Numbered from the stretch's first letter, positions 44,767 through 53,884 are shown. The stretch: 64,000 nucleotides of DNA from Candidatus Woesearchaeota archaeon (GCA_038874135.1 JAVZCZ010000001.1:751219-815218), one strand, 5' to 3'. The notes: generated by a model from the letters alone, not told the origin. A program made the numbers and translations.

Positions 44767-44905
44767 ACTAAAACAAACCCTTACAAATTTAAACCACAGC
44801 AGGAAGCATATAAAAAGCTTGCGAAAGAAAATTTACGCCGAATCATAATAACATGACAACATCCTTTGCGAAAGCTTTAAAAATGAATGGGGGCTTCCCA
44901 CCTGT

Positions 44906-45430
44906 ATGGCGAAGCTAAGAAAGGGAAGGGCTTACAGGAAGCTGAAGAGGCCTTACACCAGAATTTCCAAGTTCAGGAACAAGTCGTTCGTAAGAATGGA
45001 CCCTCACATCAAAGTGATAAGGTTTGTTATGGGGGATCCTAACAAGAAGTTTGAATACACCTTAAACTTGATTGCTAAGTCCTCTCTTCAGATAAGACAG
45101 GAGGCAATTGAAGCTGCAAGGCAGATTGCTAACAGGATTCTTGAAGGAAAACTTGGCAAGACCGGCTTCTTTTTCAGGATAAGAGCTTATCCTCATCAGG
45201 TGTTAAGGGAGAAGCCGATGGCAACCGGGGCAGGTGCAGATAGAACCAGTACGGGAATGGCAGCCCCATTTGGAAAGCCTATAGGTGTTGCAGCGCGCGT
45301 CTTAAAGGGCTCTACGGTCTTTGAAGTCCAAGTGAATGAATCTGATTTGGACATAGCCAAGCACGCTCTCAAAGAGGCTTCTTACAAGTTGCCATTGTCA
45401 TATCAGATAACTGTTCAGAAAAATAATTAA
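44906..45430 (+). CDS. rpl10e: 50S ribosomal protein L10e (uL16)
   Basis: MAKLRKGRAYRKLKRPYTRISKFRNKSFVRMDPHIKVIRFVMGD is the typical archaeal L10e N-terminus, and the length of 174 aa fits. Confidence 0.9.
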   Translation: MAKLRKGRAYRKLKRPYTRISKFRNKSFVRMDPHIKVIRFVMGDPNKKFEYTLNLIAKSSLQIRQEAIEAARQIANRILEGKLGKTGFFFRIRAYPHQVLREKPMATGAGADRTSTGMAAPFGKPIGVAARVLKGSTVFEVQVNESDLDIAKHALKEASYKLPLSYQITVQKNN

Positions 45431-45474
45431 AGTTATTCTTTTTTTACACTTCAACATTTTTTAGATGAGGCTTT

Positions 45475-47328
45475 ATGAAGAGAACAAGGATTTTTTCAAT
45501 ATTCTCACTGGCAATTTTTGTATTTGCTATGCTCTCAGTTACAACTTACGCTTCAAAAACAAATCTTCTGGCAGTTTCTGAAACTGAGCACGGCCATGTT
45601 GGAAGCGTTGTGCCTCTTAACCTGGAAGTGCTTCCGGGAAGTGGGCGAATACTGATAAATACAGCCCCTCTCACAAGGCCGGATACTCAGATTTCTTTTA
45701 GAATAGCCACGCAGATAGCCTGCGAGGAGGCAAATGTGGATTGTTCAACTCTAGACTTCATATACACTCTTGATTCCTCCTCGCCACTTGTTAGCGGGCC
45801 CAGTGCAGGTGCTGCAATTTCAGCCCTGGCATATTCTGAACTTAAGGGCTATCATATTAATGAGAATTATGCAATGACTGGCACCATAAATGCTGGCGGC
45901 ATAATTGGGCCTGTGGATGGAATTCGTGAGAAGGTGAGTGCGGCTTCCAGGGCAAATATAAGCCTTGTTCTAGTTCCTCAGATAGAGTTCAGTTCTAGCT
46001 TAAACTTGAATAAGAGTCTAACTGAGAATTTAAGCAGTGAAAATTCGGATAATGAAAATATTGAAGAGTTTGGCGCTTCTATAGGTGTTAGGGTTGTTAG
46101 GGTTTCTACACTATATGAGGCGCTTAGCTATCTAACCTCAGAATTTAAGTATGAGACGCCAGAAATCCTGAGGAATGCTGCATATTCTGCAATAATGAAG
46201 AATATTTCTGAAGAGCTATGCGCTGAAACTTTGCAGCTTCTGAACACTTCAAGAGTTTATAATCTGTCTCAAGATTACCTCTTAGCTCTTAACCTTTCTC
46301 AGAAGGCAATGCTTGACTATTCAAAAGGCAGTTATTATTCTAGTGCGAGCAGGTGCTTCGGGGCTAATTTGAAGCTGAGAGGGCTTATCGCTTCTTCAGA
46401 GGCACCATATAGTGCTGAAGAAGTCTTGATAAGGTTTGATTCTGTTCTGTCAGCAATTCGGTCTGAGAGGCAGTCTCTTCCTAAGAGTTATGAAAGTTTG
46501 GAAGAACTTCAAGCATTTATGGTTACCTCTTCCCGACTGGAAGAAGCCTCTAAGTATTTAGACGATGCGAGGATTAACATAGTGGAGAAAAATTATACTG
46601 GTGCAATGCTTTCAATAACCTCTGCAGAGGAACGCCTTAAAAGCGCCATCTTATGGAAGAAGCTTTTTAACCTGCCCGGAAAAAAATTGAGCTTGTCAGA
46701 GCAGAAGCTTAAAAATGCGTGTATTGCCAAGATTGTGGAGGCTCAAGAGAGCTACCAATACGCCAACTTCATCCTTCCTGACTATCTGAATTCTACTCGT
46801 GAAAAGATAATTTCTGCTCTTTCAAGCTTGAACAGCTCATACTATGCTGATTGCTTCTATCAGGCAGCTCTCGGTAAGTCTGAAGCCGATTCGGTTATTT
46901 TGCTTTCCAGTATGGAAGGTGAGAACCTGACCCCCTTCCTGGCTGCTCGGCTCAATGCATCAGAAAGGGAGATTTCTATTCAACAGAAGGAGGGAATATT
47001 TCCGCTCATCAGTTTTAGTTATTATGATTATTCTTTATCTCTGAAGGAAGACTCCCCATCTGCGTCTATGTTATATGCAGGATATGCCTTGGAGCTCTCC
47101 AAGCTTTCTCAATATTTCTTGTCTGATAAGAAAGTTCCTAGACAAATAATCCATTCTCTCTTATTAGTTATTTTGATATTTATCGCAGGCGTTTCCTCGG
47201 GACTTCTGCTCTTTCTGGCATTTTCATCATTTAGAAGACGCAGGTTTAGAAAAGCACTGCAATTTAGCAAGGGTGAAGCTTTTAAAAAAACACCTAAGCA
47301 TAAGGGTAAATTTCTTAGAATTAGGTGA
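45475..47328 (+). CDS. Secreted Lon-like S16-family serine peptidase domain protein (no AAA+ module), C-terminal TM helix plus basic tail
   Basis: The signal peptide is MKRTRIFSIFSLAIFVFAMLSVTTYA. The Lon proteolytic-domain signature is LDSSSPLVSGPSAGAAISALAYSEL...AMTGTINAGGIIGPVDGIREKVSAASRANISLVLVP (catalytic Ser in GPSAG, Lys in EKVSAA). The C-terminal hydrophobic helix is LLLVILIFIAGVSSGLLLFLAF, followed by RRRRFRK. Confidence 0.7.
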   Translation: MKRTRIFSIFSLAIFVFAMLSVTTYASKTNLLAVSETEHGHVGSVVPLNLEVLPGSGRILINTAPLTRPDTQISFRIATQIACEEANVDCSTLDFIYTLDSSSPLVSGPSAGAAISALAYSELKGYHINENYAMTGTINAGGIIGPVDGIREKVSAASRANISLVLVPQIEFSSSLNLNKSLTENLSSENSDNENIEEFGASIGVRVVRVSTLYEALSYLTSEFKYETPEILRNAAYSAIMKNISEELCAETLQLLNTSRVYNLSQDYLLALNLSQKAMLDYSKGSYYSSASRCFGANLKLRGLIASSEAPYSAEEVLIRFDSVLSAIRSERQSLPKSYESLEELQAFMVTSSRLEEASKYLDDARINIVEKNYTGAMLSITSAEERLKSAILWKKLFNLPGKKLSLSEQKLKNACIAKIVEAQESYQYANFILPDYLNSTREKIISALSSLNSSYYADCFYQAALGKSEADSVILLSSMEGENLTPFLAARLNASEREISIQQKEGIFPLISFSYYDYSLSLKEDSPSASMLYAGYALELSKLSQYFLSDKKVPRQIIHSLLLVILIFIAGVSSGLLLFLAFSSFRRRRFRKALQFSKGEAFKKTPKHKGKFLRIR

Positions 47329-47370
47329 TTTTGATAAGAAAATATTTTTTCTTATATGTTGAAAACCCAT

Positions 47371-47394
47371 GCAAGCAACCCGAAGGTTGCTTGC
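47371..47394 (+). terminator. Perfect 10-bp stem / CGAA tetraloop hairpin followed by a T-tract, downstream of the S16 peptidase gene
   Basis: GCAAGCAACC-CGAA-GGTTGCTTGC is followed 20-30 nt later by ATTTTTTCT. It could be a terminator-like structure or a small structured RNA. Confidence 0.4.
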
Positions 47395-47553
47395 CTGGGA
47401 AAAAGAGGTGATAGATCGTGATTTTTTCTACTATGTAGTGAAACTATCTAATATTTAAAACTTTCTGTTTTTTTCTATATTTTAGTAGTAACAAAATGGG
47501 GACGAATCTTTAAATAATTGTTAATTAAAGGTTTTTGAAGGAACAATAAAAAA

Positions 47554-48210
47554 ATGAGAATCGCTATTTGTGAAAGCTGCAGAGAGCATCCTGCACAAGT
47601 CTCATTTAAATATTCACGAAGCTTGTGCTATAGCTGCTTCTCAGCACTGTTGGAAAGGAGATGCAGAATTGACTTAAGAAGGCACGAGTGTCTTGAACCC
47701 CTATTGAGGGCTGAGAGAGTTTTACTAATTGAGCAAACTGCTCTGGAAGGAATGGCAGCAGAGCAGTTTCTCCACAAGCTTAACCCCAAATTAACAGTGT
47801 TTAGAACGCCCACTAAAAATTTTTCTCCTAATCAAATACTAAGCATTGCTAATGAAAAAAAAGCAAAGTTAATCGCGCTAGCGTGGAGCATTGAACGCGA
47901 ATGTTCTCTTTTTTTAAAAGAATATTTAACAACACGAACTCAAAAGACAATATCTCAGCCATGCTTAAAATCTTCAGGAAGGCTGATTTTTAAGGTTTTT
48001 AGAAATGCAAGGATTGAAGAACTTAAGGCATACTTAAAATGTGAAAAAGTAAAAATCCCAGAATTTGAAGTGCCATCTTCTGATAAGCCAATCTACAGAA
48101 TGCTTTCACGAATGGAAAGGCAATATCCAGAAATAAAGTTTTCCCTACTCTCCTCAGCTGATAAACTTGTTAAGATCCGGAAAACTTTCGGAAAAGGAAA
48201 GAACATCTAA
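47554..48210 (+). CDS. Hypothetical protein with N-terminal Cys-x2-Cys ... Cys-x2-Cys zinc-ribbon
   Basis: The N-terminus is MRIAICESCREHPAQVSFKYSRSLCYSCF. I recognise no PP-loop or other catalytic motif. Confidence 0.5.
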   Translation: MRIAICESCREHPAQVSFKYSRSLCYSCFSALLERRCRIDLRRHECLEPLLRAERVLLIEQTALEGMAAEQFLHKLNPKLTVFRTPTKNFSPNQILSIANEKKAKLIALAWSIERECSLFLKEYLTTRTQKTISQPCLKSSGRLIFKVFRNARIEELKAYLKCEKVKIPEFEVPSSDKPIYRMLSRMERQYPEIKFSLLSSADKLVKIRKTFGKGKNI

Positions 48211-48239
48211 ATTAATCCAATTTTTTCTATGAACAAGGT

Positions 48240-49223
48240 ATGCGCAGGATTCCGACAATTATCCTCTTATGCATCACTATACTAACTGTAAATTTTTTTA
48301 AAAAATTCTCATATGCAAACTTTTTTGAAATAGTTGGCAGTGCAGTCCGGGATGAGGGAAGCATTAGTGTTTATTTCTGCCCAAGACAAGACTGTCTGGA
48401 GATATTTTTAAATATACTCTCAAGTGCTCAATCGGTAGAGTGTGCCCTCTACACCGTGTCACCTGAAGTTATAACAGCTATCCAACAAGTTCCACAACAC
48501 ACAATCTTGATTGACTACAAAACCTATCAGAGGCTTTCAGAAAAAGTGACAGACATAATTCCAGTTTATTCCGAAGGAATAATGCACAACAAGTTCTGCA
48601 TTATTAATAAAAGTATTTTAATTACAGGATCCTGGAATCCGACTCTAGCGGACTCTTTCAAAAACAATAATAACATGCTAATCATTCATTCACAAAAAAT
48701 CTCTAACAATTATGAAGAGAAGTTTAAGCAGCTTCTATTGAGGAACACACAGAGATATTCCCCTAAGATTAAACATAAAATTATTCTCAGCAACGCCCTT
48801 GTTGAGAATTACTTCTGCCCAGAAGACAATTGTAGCAGAATTCTTATTGAAAAAATAAACTCTGCAACATCAACAATCTACTTTATGACATTCAGCTTCA
48901 CTGAGGATTCTGTAGGAGACGCTTTGTTAAAAAAGAATTCGGCAGGAATTATAATCTCAGGAATATTTGATAGGCAGCAACTTTCCAATTTTTCAGAATA
49001 TGAAAGACTACTAAATGCGGGAATAGATGTTTCAGCAGACTCTAACAAATACCTTATGCATCACAAGGTTTTCATAATAGATAACTCAACAGTGATTACC
49101 GGAAGCTTTAATCCTACACAGAATGGAAATACAAAAAATGATGAGAACATCTTAATAATTCACAGTCGAGAGATAGCATCTCGCTATGTTGAAGAATTTT
49201 TAAATTTGAAAGCTGATAATTAA
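48240..49223 (+). CDS. Phospholipase D-family (HKD) protein with N-terminal signal/anchor
   Basis: Two HKD motifs are present: MHNKFCIINKSILITGSWNPT and MHHKVFIIDNSTVITGSFNPT (HxKxxxxD/N ... GS.N). The N-terminal hydrophobic segment is IPTIILLCITILTVNFF. Confidence 0.8.
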   Translation: MRRIPTIILLCITILTVNFFKKFSYANFFEIVGSAVRDEGSISVYFCPRQDCLEIFLNILSSAQSVECALYTVSPEVITAIQQVPQHTILIDYKTYQRLSEKVTDIIPVYSEGIMHNKFCIINKSILITGSWNPTLADSFKNNNNMLIIHSQKISNNYEEKFKQLLLRNTQRYSPKIKHKIILSNALVENYFCPEDNCSRILIEKINSATSTIYFMTFSFTEDSVGDALLKKNSAGIIISGIFDRQQLSNFSEYERLLNAGIDVSADSNKYLMHHKVFIIDNSTVITGSFNPTQNGNTKNDENILIIHSREIASRYVEEFLNLKADN

Positions 49224-49233
49224 AAATATTAAA

Positions 49234-50730
49234 CTATTTTATCACAACCATGTCGCTTCCAATGTTCTTAAGAAACTCAACTGCAGACTCCAACCTTTCC
49301 CTGTTTGAAGAATATAGTGTCAGGATTGGTTCTCCGACATTTACTTGACTGTCCACATGCTTATAGAGGTATATCCCTGCCAGCTTATCTTTGGGAGTTC
49401 CAGCTGCTCGGCACACCTGTGCAATGAGCTGGCTGTCAATGTGTGCTATCCTCCCGCTGTTATAGGCAGTCATCGTGTAGGAGAACCTTCCAGGGGAGAG
49501 CTCCTTCTCGTCAGGAACTCTTCCCCCCTGAGCTTCAATTATCTCCGTGAATTTTCTGAGAGCCCTTCCAGATTCAAGTATCTCCTTGGCAAGCTTATAC
49601 CCCTGCCCTTTCTTTGCCTTTCCACCCATTTCTAACAGCTTGGCTGCCATCTTAAGAGATTTCTCTTTAAGGTCCAAAGGCATTCCCGGCTTGTTCTGAA
49701 GTATTCTTAATATATCTCTCATCTCCAACAGGGCACCTATGCCATTGCCTATTGGTTGAGAACCGTCACTCAGCATAACCTCAAATTTTATATCCAGCGC
49801 CTTTCCAATCTCTACAAACATCCTTGCAAGCTTTTTCGCTTCAAATACACTTTCAACCTTAGCACCCTTCCCTACAGGTATGTCTATCAGCACATGAGTT
49901 GCAGAGACGGACTTCTTCTTAGCTATTATACTTGCCAACATCTGCGATGGAGAATCTATCCCCAGAGGATATTCCAGCCTAATTATCGTGTCATCTGCAG
50001 GTGCCAGAGAAACTGCACCTCCCCAGACGATACATCCTCCAGTTTTCTGAACTATGCTCTTTATCTCATCTACTCCAAAGGAAACATTTGCTATGACTTC
50101 AATAGTGTCAGCAGTGCCGGCTGGACTGGTAATTGCTCTAGAGCTTGTTTTCGGGATTAAAAGCCCCGCCTCAGCCACTATTGGAACAACAATGGGCGTT
50201 GTCCTATTGCCAGCAACACCGCCTATGCAGTGCAAGTCAAATACGGGAGGCTCAAATTTTATCGTTTCCCCACTTTCAACCATCGCTTTAGTAAGTGCAA
50301 TGGTCTCCCTAAGCGTAGTTGGCCTCATGTAGCATGCAGCTATAAAATATGATATCTCGCTTTCTGAAAGGCGATTTTCAACGATATCTCTGACTATCTG
50401 GCTCATCTCTTGAGGTGTGAGCTCCTTGCCTTCCATCTTCTTTCTTATCAACGACACTGACAGCGGCTTTCCTTCAGGCTGAACCTCAACAATTTCGCCG
50501 CCCTTACATTTAAGTTTGGAAGCAACCTCTTCAAAAACAGCTATCCTGCCCTTAGGCACAAGCTTTTTGTTCTTAGCTATATCAATTATTGCTACAACAT
50601 CAATCCCCTGCTTCTTTATCAGAACTCTGTCGCCGTAGTGAAGGTCCAGTTTAACCGCATCACTCTCATTCAGCACTACTATCGGTGCATCTCCAGTTCC
50701 TATGCCTAAAAGCATTGTTCTCAATTTCAT
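49234..50730 (-). CDS. AMP phosphorylase / thymidine phosphorylase family (archaeal DeoA-type with N-terminal extension)
   Basis: Its ~498 aa length, the N-terminal extra domain (MKLRTMLLGIGTGDAPIVVLNESDA...) and the pyrimidine-nucleoside phosphorylase core (HCIGGVAGNRTTPIVVPIVAEAGLLIPKTSSRAITSPAGTAD) all fit this family. Confidence 0.85.
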   Translation of the reverse strand: MKLRTMLLGIGTGDAPIVVLNESDAVKLDLHYGDRVLIKKQGIDVVAIIDIAKNKKLVPKGRIAVFEEVASKLKCKGGEIVEVQPEGKPLSVSLIRKKMEGKELTPQEMSQIVRDIVENRLSESEISYFIAACYMRPTTLRETIALTKAMVESGETIKFEPPVFDLHCIGGVAGNRTTPIVVPIVAEAGLLIPKTSSRAITSPAGTADTIEVIANVSFGVDEIKSIVQKTGGCIVWGGAVSLAPADDTIIRLEYPLGIDSPSQMLASIIAKKKSVSATHVLIDIPVGKGAKVESVFEAKKLARMFVEIGKALDIKFEVMLSDGSQPIGNGIGALLEMRDILRILQNKPGMPLDLKEKSLKMAAKLLEMGGKAKKGQGYKLAKEILESGRALRKFTEIIEAQGGRVPDEKELSPGRFSYTMTAYNSGRIAHIDSQLIAQVCRAAGTPKDKLAGIYLYKHVDSQVNVGEPILTLYSSNRERLESAVEFLKNIGSDMVVIK

Positions 50731-50736
50731 CTTAAT

Positions 50737-51819
50737 TCACTCCGCTTCTCCTCGCCAGTATTCATCCTTGTATATCTTTAAAAATGTTGAGAAAAGGGCA
50801 AGTACTACAGGCCCTATAAACACGCCCACAACCCCAAAAAACATTATGCCCCCAACTGTTCCAAACATAACTATCAGTGGATGAGTTTTTATCTTGCTGC
50901 CAACTATCTTAGGCCTGAGAAGATTGTCAATCGTACTAACTATTATGGCTCCATAAGCAAATATGAATATCCCATTTTTGAGCATCGCAATATTGTCCAT
51001 GCTTATTCCCTTTATGACATGGTAAGCAGATATTGGAAGCCAAATTGCTACTGCTCCCATGAATGGAATCAGAGCTGCTATTACTGTAAAGAATCCCCAG
51101 ATGAGGGCTGCCTTGACACCAAACAGGTAGAATCCGAAAGCAGCTAACGCTCCTTGTACAACTGCTATAACTATGTTTCCATATATTACTCCATTCAGAG
51201 TCGTAATCACCCTCTTAGCAGCTTCTTTTTTATGACTCTCTTTTATCATCAAAGTGTCCCAAATGGATTTGTATATCTCTTCCGCATCTCTTAAAAAGAA
51301 GAACATGGTAAAGAATATTATGAAAAGGTGAAATGCAACTCCAGGTATTATTTTTATGAGAGAAGCAATGTTCTGAGTAATGAACGAAGTGAAGTTGGAG
51401 ATCATCTCAAGTGAGATCTTATTGAATGGCTGCGTATACATAACCTTGCTGATAAGAGAGTAGATGGTGCAGGCTATCTTTCCATCATCTTTACACCCAA
51501 CACCGGTATAGCTCTGCTCTATGAACTGTTGGACCACAGCATAAGAACCTGAAAGTTCACTGAGCAGACGATTTATAAGCAGAACTGATGGGACTGCAAT
51601 CAAAAGAAATGCAAGCACACTCACAACTCCAGCAGATAAGTTCTTATTGTTAATCCTTCTAAGGATAAACCTGTAAAGTGGGCTGAAGGTGTAAGAGAAT
51701 AAGAAAGCCATAAAAATGTCTACAAAAAAAGGTCTTACTATCAAAAAAGAGAGCACTGCCAGACTGCACAGAATGAATATTAAAAAATACTTAGAAGTGG
51801 CTCCATCCCTCTTTTTCAT
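50737..51819 (-). CDS. AI-2E family (UPF0118/PerM-like) transporter
   Basis: It has ~8 TM helices. The N-terminal pattern LIVRPFFVDIFMAFLFSYTFSPLYRFILRR and the overall size match AI-2E permeases. Confidence 0.6.
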   Translation of the reverse strand: MKKRDGATSKYFLIFILCSLAVLSFLIVRPFFVDIFMAFLFSYTFSPLYRFILRRINNKNLSAGVVSVLAFLLIAVPSVLLINRLLSELSGSYAVVQQFIEQSYTGVGCKDDGKIACTIYSLISKVMYTQPFNKISLEMISNFTSFITQNIASLIKIIPGVAFHLFIIFFTMFFFLRDAEEIYKSIWDTLMIKESHKKEAAKRVITTLNGVIYGNIVIAVVQGALAAFGFYLFGVKAALIWGFFTVIAALIPFMGAVAIWLPISAYHVIKGISMDNIAMLKNGIFIFAYGAIIVSTIDNLLRPKIVGSKIKTHPLIVMFGTVGGIMFFGVVGVFIGPVVLALFSTFLKIYKDEYWRGEAE

Positions 51820-51846
51820 CCTCGCATTCCCTTTCCTAGTTGAAAA

Positions 51847-51919
51847 ATGGGCCCGCCCGGATTCGAACCGGGGACCTTCTGCACGTCAAGCAGACGTCAT
51901 AGCCTCTAGACTACGAGCC
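51847..51919 (-). tRNA. tRNA-Val (anticodon GAC)
   Basis: The reverse complement folds as GGGCTCG-TA-GTCTAGAGGCTATGAC-G-TCTGC-TTGACGT-GCAGA-AGGTC-CCCGG-TTCGAAT-CCGGG-CGGGCCC-A. The 7-bp acceptor stem includes one G-U pair, and U33 and the T-loop TTCGAAT are present. A TATA-like TATTTAAATAA lies ~30 nt upstream on the minus strand. Confidence 0.8.
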
Positions 51920-52007
51920 CTCTTTCTAAAACAAACATTCCATCCTTATTTAAATATTTCGCCAAATATCAAAATGTTTAAAAATAACTGAATATGCTCT
52001 CCATCCT

Positions 52008-52093
52008 GCGGGGGTATCAAAGGCTGGTCAAATGAGCGGGACTTAAGATCCCGTCCCCTAGCGGGTTCGGGGGTTCAAATCCCTCCCCCCGCA
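52008..52093 (+). tRNA. tRNA-Leu (anticodon UAA), class II with long variable arm
   Basis: The acceptor is GCGGGGG/CCCCCGC. The anticodon arm is CGGGA-CTTAAGA-TCCCG, the variable arm is ~15 nt (CCCC..GGG stem), and the T-arm is GGGGG-TTCAAAT-CCCTC. A TATA-like GTTTAAAAATAA lies ~27 nt upstream. Confidence 0.8.
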
Positions 52094-52138
52094 TTTAACC
52101 GATTGTTTTAAAAACAAAGCCAGATTCCAGGAGTTTGC

Positions 52139-52245
52139 GCCTCTGTAGCTCAGTGGTAGAGCGCCACCTTGGTATATTCCGCAGTCAACCCAGGCTTGGA
52201 ATTGCAGAAAGGTGGAGGTCGCGAGTTCAATCCTCGCCAGAGGCT
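52139..52245 (+). tRNA. Intron-containing tRNA, most likely tRNA-Thr (anticodon GGU), with a ~35-nt intron at the canonical 37/38 position (about 52175-52209)
   Basis: The acceptor is GCCTCTG/CAGAGGC and the D-arm is GCTC-AGTGGTA-GAGC. The anticodon stem is 5' CCACC with loop TTGGTA, interrupted before the 3' stem GGTGG. The T-arm is GCGAG-TTCAATC-CTCGC. A TATA-like GTTTTAAAAACA lies ~28 nt upstream. The isotype call depends on the intron placement. Confidence 0.65.
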
Positions 52246-52760
52246 TACTTTACAAATCGGTACATGTTCAGAAAGCTCTTGATTGTTGCTTCTATGTCTG
52301 CAGTGTCGGAGCTTACTATGTTCTCAAAGTGTTGAGTGTAGTTTTTATAGAAAAACTTGTCGTAAACCGTTCTCATAAAGAAATAGAAAGGCGTCTGCTC
52401 CCACCTGCCTTCATAATCAGTTTCAAGATAGGAATCAACTTTTACTTCCATTTCACCCTGATTGAGTAAAGCCTTATGCCCGTCTATCTCAACTTCTACA
52501 TCCTTAAGGTCTCGTATAATGATTTGAAGCCTTATTACAGATTTGGCATAATCACTCATCTTCTTGAAAGGCATCATGTCTATATCTATAAACTTGCCAG
52601 ACTGTTTAACATGCTCTTCATTCTTTATCTCCCGCCTGTCATACCCTTTCTCTTTTAGCCATTCGTTTATTATCCTGTAAAGCTCGTTAAAGCTGAAGAG
52701 TCCAGAATACTTTATCACACGCCCCTGCACTACAGGCATCTGCTCTGACATTCTTATCAC
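52245..52760 (-). CDS. Hypothetical 171-aa protein, tandem paralog of 52761..53276
   Basis: Both have the same length (171 aa) and shared blocks (K..G.F..N.LY+.+..WL.E.G+D..E.KY...). They are abutting head-to-tail with no intergenic gap. Confidence 0.6.
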   Translation of the reverse strand: MIRMSEQMPVVQGRVIKYSGLFSFNELYRIINEWLKEKGYDRREIKNEEHVKQSGKFIDIDMMPFKKMSDYAKSVIRLQIIIRDLKDVEVEIDGHKALLNQGEMEVKVDSYLETDYEGRWEQTPFYFFMRTVYDKFFYKNYTQHFENIVSSDTADIEATIKSFLNMYRFVK

Positions 52761-53276
52761 CTACACCATGCTTCCAGTTCCTTCCATTCCGAGGTATGCC
52801 TTAACATCTTCATAAAATCTTAACACATAATAATAAAGAGGGTCTACATGCTTAAAATCCAAATCCTGTCTCAAAACATACTTGTCAAAGAACTCCTGCA
52901 TTTTAATTAAGAATTTGCTTTCATCCCACAAAGTTTTTCCATACTCATCAGGATAATCAGTCTGAACCTTTCCTGAAAAAGTTATTATCACGCGGGCATC
53001 CTGCATCTTCTTCTTTTCCCCATCTTTTATAACCTCAACATCCCTTACGCCGTAAAAGTGAAATTCCACGCTTATAACATACTTGACATATCCTGTGATT
53101 TTTTTTTCAGCCTCCCAGCTCAGCTCAATCTCAGGAGGCTTGTGCTTATACTTCCTTTCATAAAAATCAAAACCCTCATTTATAAGCCAGTTAGACATGA
53201 ACTTGTAAAGCCCATTTATGTCAAAGATGCCCTTATATTTCAGAACAGTGTTGGGAAGCTTTATCTCTCTCATCAA
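52761..53276 (-). CDS. Hypothetical 171-aa protein, tandem paralog of 52245..52760
   Basis: See the previous entry. MMREIKLPNTVLKYKGIFDINGLYKFMSNWLINEGFDFYERKYKHK compares with MIRMSEQMPVVQGRVIKYSGLFSFNELYRIINEWLKEKGYDRREIKNE. Confidence 0.6.
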   Translation of the reverse strand: MMREIKLPNTVLKYKGIFDINGLYKFMSNWLINEGFDFYERKYKHKPPEIELSWEAEKKITGYVKYVISVEFHFYGVRDVEVIKDGEKKKMQDARVIITFSGKVQTDYPDEYGKTLWDESKFLIKMQEFFDKYVLRQDLDFKHVDPLYYYVLRFYEDVKAYLGMEGTGSMV

Positions 53277-53341
53277 AACCCTTTAAAGAAAAGTTTGTTT
53301 ATAAAAGTTTCCCTATTATTCCAGCAGTGCGCTTCGCATTT

Positions 53342-53884
53342 TTAGAGTTTACTTCTGCACTCAACGCAAACCAGCATGTCTTTTACTCTGTATAACTTCT
53401 TGGCAGGATTTCCGCAGAGCTCGCAAACTGAATTGCTAATTGTCCTTACAGGCTTATGTTCCTCTTCCCTTATCTCAAACTTTTCTACTATTAGATCAAA
53501 AAGCTCCGGCTGTATCTTTAAGATGTCCTTAATTGTCAGCAGCCCGATTATGTTCTGTCCGTCCACTATTGGAAGGTGCCTTATGTTGTTGTCCCTCATC
53601 TTTATCAGAGCATTGTATATGTCGGCTTCAGGCCCTATTGTTATTAGCTTCTTGACCATCAGCTTCTTCACAGGAACTTTTGAGCAGTCAATGTTTTGAG
53701 CAACTGCCTTTCTGACAATGTCCTGCTCGGTTATTATGCCTCTAAGCTTCTTGCCCTCAGTTATTAGTAATCCCCCAACATGCTTCTGCTTCATTATCCT
53801 AGCACAATCGCAGATGCTGGTTTCAGGACTAACCGTTATGGGCTCCCTAGTCATTGCGTCGCATACCTTATACCCAGTTTTCAT
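53342..53884 (-). CDS. CBS-domain pair protein with C-terminal zinc ribbon
   Basis: Two CBS-like units are VSPETSICDCARIMKQKHVGGLLIT..GKKLRGIITEQDIVRK and ITIGPEADIYNALIKMRDNNIRHLPIVDGQNIIGLLTIKDILK. The C-terminus is CELCGNPAKKLYRVKDMLVCVECRSK. Confidence 0.8.
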   Translation of the reverse strand: MKTGYKVCDAMTREPITVSPETSICDCARIMKQKHVGGLLITEGKKLRGIITEQDIVRKAVAQNIDCSKVPVKKLMVKKLITIGPEADIYNALIKMRDNNIRHLPIVDGQNIIGLLTIKDILKIQPELFDLIVEKFEIREEEHKPVRTISNSVCELCGNPAKKLYRVKDMLVCVECRSKL

